Assembly (NCBI GenBank): GCA_950097015.1
Contig: CATNEN010000029.1
Span: 1,984,001 to 2,048,000 of the forward strand
Length of the DNA: 64,000 nt
DNA from: Macrostomum hystrix
Taxonomy: Eukaryota; Animalia; Platyhelminthes
Direction: 5' to 3'
In this document: piece after piece, positions 61,030 to 64,000 of the stretch
How the letters are laid out: the number at the start of each line of letters is the position of its first letter
How positions within the stretch are numbered: position 1 is the stretch's first letter
Program-made: the position numbers and the translations under genes
The notes under the pieces: generated by a model
What the model was told of the DNA's origin: nothing
The model's database searches: none
What the model saw: only the letters and a program-made list of their open reading frames with translations

Positions 61030-62813
61030 TTGAAAATGCTGGCAGTGGCTTCTTCAGTTTGGCTATTGACAAATCAAATGAAGTCATGAGTGCCAGGAAG
61101 TTTCTTGTGATTGTCATCACCTTCATTTTCATTAAGCATTGTCAACTTCTGGCTGTGCCAATCAAGACTGTAAAAGTTTGGGATGGAAGAGTTGCAACGC
61201 TTGAGACAGTAGTGGTTGATGAATATGCCAAGCTTGGAATCTTTCTGCTCAATAGTATCTCGATCATGTCAGATGGACCATCGGTCATGGTTAGGCGTGA
61301 CAAGGGCTTTCATGTCCTTATCAGGAAGCATGTGCCTTAGCTACTGGAGCTCACAACATGCATTTTGCAATGTGTCCAATGGTGTCTGACGCGCTTGTGA
61401 TAAGCTGGGGAGTGAGTGTGAGAGTCTGGCTGACTTAGTCCACTCGTACTTCATATACACATCGCGGTGGTCTCGCTACGAGCATGTACAGGACTTGCTG
61501 GACCTCCAGCGTCACTGCTTTCTGTTGTCTAGAGACTCGCTGGGTCTAGCTGCTGCCTGTAGTTAACAGACTAGTGGAGCAATTACCAGGGTTGCAAGAG
61601 TTTTTTCAAAAGCGCAACAGCCAAGAGCCTACTGGCAGCCTTGAGAAGAAGCAGGTTCAGCAGATTTGTGATCTGCTATAGAACAAGAAAGTCGAGTTTG
61701 ACCTTCTGTTTCTTCAGTCTGTCTTGCCAATTCTTGACAAGTTTGAGATGCATTTTCAGCAGAGAATGGTCCTAATTCACTCAATATATGCAAATGTGCC
61801 TCAGATCTTTAGGGAACTTCTGAGCTGCTTTGTTCAGTTAGACTACGTGAGTGCCAATTTATCTCACTTGACAACCATGCAAATTGATTTTGAGCACTAT
61901 GCCTCTGACCTCGAAATGTTTGTTGGTGAGAAGACCAAGTCCTTGCTTCAGCAATCCAGTGAGACTCCAGAAATAGTGCTTTGTTTGAGCAAGGCAATTT
62001 TACATGGCACTTGCAACTTACCTGCAATCCCACCTACCACTAGCGGATGCGACACTATGCTAGGCGCAGTTTTTGGACCCAACCAGAGTTGAGAACCTGT
62101 CGTCCAAATTTGCAATGAAGATGGCCAAAGCATTGAGATTTCCTGAAGACAGCATTACAGCAATCGATAGAGAATGGAGGCAGCTGGTACTGGCCATTGC
62201 TACCAATGAGATCAGCATTCCTGATGAGAATTTGACTGTGCTAGACTTTTGGCTCACTGTAGGGAGTTTGAAGGCATCAACAGAGGAGTTTAGATTTCCA
62301 ACAGTGTGGCGACTTACCTCTGCTGCTCTAAGCATACCACATGGAAATTCTCGAGCCGAATGTGAGTTCTCTAGCCTGGCAGATCTGCTAATGCAAAAGC
62401 GCAATTCACTACATGCATTGACTCTGTACTCTAGCCTGCTTATAAATGGGTTTCTGAAGTCCACTGCTCTCACATGTGAGACCTTCATTTTTGATGACCG
62501 TTACATTGCCGAAAGACTCAACGCCCGACAAAATCAGGCTGCTTGGCAAAGGCACATGCAGAGAGAAGAGGAGCTGCACAAGGAGCAACTTGCTCAAGAG
62601 GCTGCCAGTACAAGCAATACAAAAGATGTTGATGCAAAGGTGACAGAGATTCAGGAAAAGAAGCGGCTGCTTGAATTGGAATCGAATAAGGCGAATGCCT
62701 TGCTAAGCAAATACCAGCAGAAGATGCTGGCCCTGCAGGTGGAGAGGAAGAATCTGGATAAGGCAGAGAACAAACTGGCCAAGAAGAAGAGCAAATTGGA
62801 GGCCAAGCAATGA
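61030..62813 (+). pseudogene. Decayed hAT-superfamily transposase (stops and frameshifts)
   Basis: FSLAIDKSN (first catalytic Asp), SDGPSVM (second Asp), ETRWV*, and dimerisation-domain motif FW...FPTVWRL..AALSIPHGNSRAECEFS..KRNSL, spread over several frames. TIRs not found. Confidence 0.85.
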
Positions 62814-64000
62814 AGTATAAACTTAATGCATTAGCTTCTGCTATTTGACAAGCGACTATTTACTAAGTCTGTGACTATTCCCTCATTCATTTGCTTGTAT
62901 TTGCTTTTGGAATGTCTTCGCAAATATTTTTACTGTACTCACAAATTGTACATGCGAAAATATACGTCTAGTACTTATCAATGCCACTTTATCAAAAAAC
63001 AGTCTTGTGCTCACTTGAGCAGGAATTTTTTGCTGCATTTTTCCTTCCTTGTTTTTTTCCAATTCCCTCTGTCACACCACTGACTAGAAGCTAACAAGCT
63101 CACTGTAACCCAAGCCTAATTACCTACAGAAATTTCAACTTGCTATAGTATAAGTGTACAATATTGAATTTCAAAATGAGTTTGGTCTTGTCTATGTAAA
63201 AAAACAAAAATGGACTACAATAGACCACAACAGATTACAATAGACTATAGTAGGACTGAAGTAGTTGACCAGCATTTCAGTGCCAGGAATTTCGGTGCCT
63301 AGTCTTGCTCTTTGGTACCATTTTGATGCATTTTGCCATTTTTGTTCCTATATAAAACATGATAAAACATATAAAACATAAAACTTAATTTAAGGCCTTC
63401 TTTGCACCCACATAAATAAATAAATAAACAAAAAACTGAAGATCATTTATTCATAAATAAAGCATTTTCAAATTCATTGAAGCAACATGTTTTGCAGGTT
63501 ATGTTAAAAGAACAGCATTGGATCTGCTTCCAATAAAAAGTTATACACATTTAAATGTGTAAAATGTGAAAAGTTCATGTCTTGCTATTTTTTGTGAAAA
63601 TCAGTCTGTAATAAAATGTCTTAGAAAGAAAGTTTTCCAAGAAACACATAGAAACTATGTACATGCACATAACACACTATTCAAAGCTTGCTACTGTATT
63701 AGTAGAACAATAGGAATTCCAACAGTTGTAAGCTATGAGCATTTGCAACTAAAATGGTTTGATGTATTAAAAAAACAAAATAATAAGACAGACAAATGGC
63801 TAGTAATGCATTGTAATATTATATAATGTATTTTGCTTTGTGTTTTTTTAACCAAATGCATTAAAAAGGCACAGAATAGCCTAGTACCAAAAAGCATAGG
63901 GACCAAAATGTTTAGCAACCACTAAAGCAGTAATTTTTTTACATTTTACAATATGGCTTAAAGAGCTCTGTTAATTTCTAGTAATATTCATTGTAATTTA

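Overview
Eukaryotic animal DNA with GT-AG introns, GC-rich exons and roughly a third of the window in tandem repeats. The style suggests a flatworm such as Macrostomum, but that is inference. Supported genes: (1) first coding exon of a PKDCC/VLK-like secretory-pathway kinase (minus, 1135-1692; the rest lies left of the window); (2) an inhibitory Smad6/7 (plus, 13659-14175 and 24619-25826); (3) MFAP1 (plus, two exons); (4) an ankyrin + methyltransferase gene of the RMT2 (type IV arginine methyltransferase) family (plus, two exons); (5,6) two small secreted Cys-rich genes rebuilt by hand from splice sites (minus, 37346-38331 and 56510-58132). These two appear to be divergent paralogues of an unrecognised family and flank a ~17 kb satellite block. 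Mobile DNA: three copies of a tRNA-derived SINE, a short (ATT)n-tailed insertion, a MITE-like element and a decayed hAT transposase. About 15 minisatellites are present, including a 12 kb 23-bp array with higher-order duplications. Several arrays carry splice-site consensus motifs, and two of these sit just inside introns. The very long repeat-derived ORFs in the track are not treated as genes.
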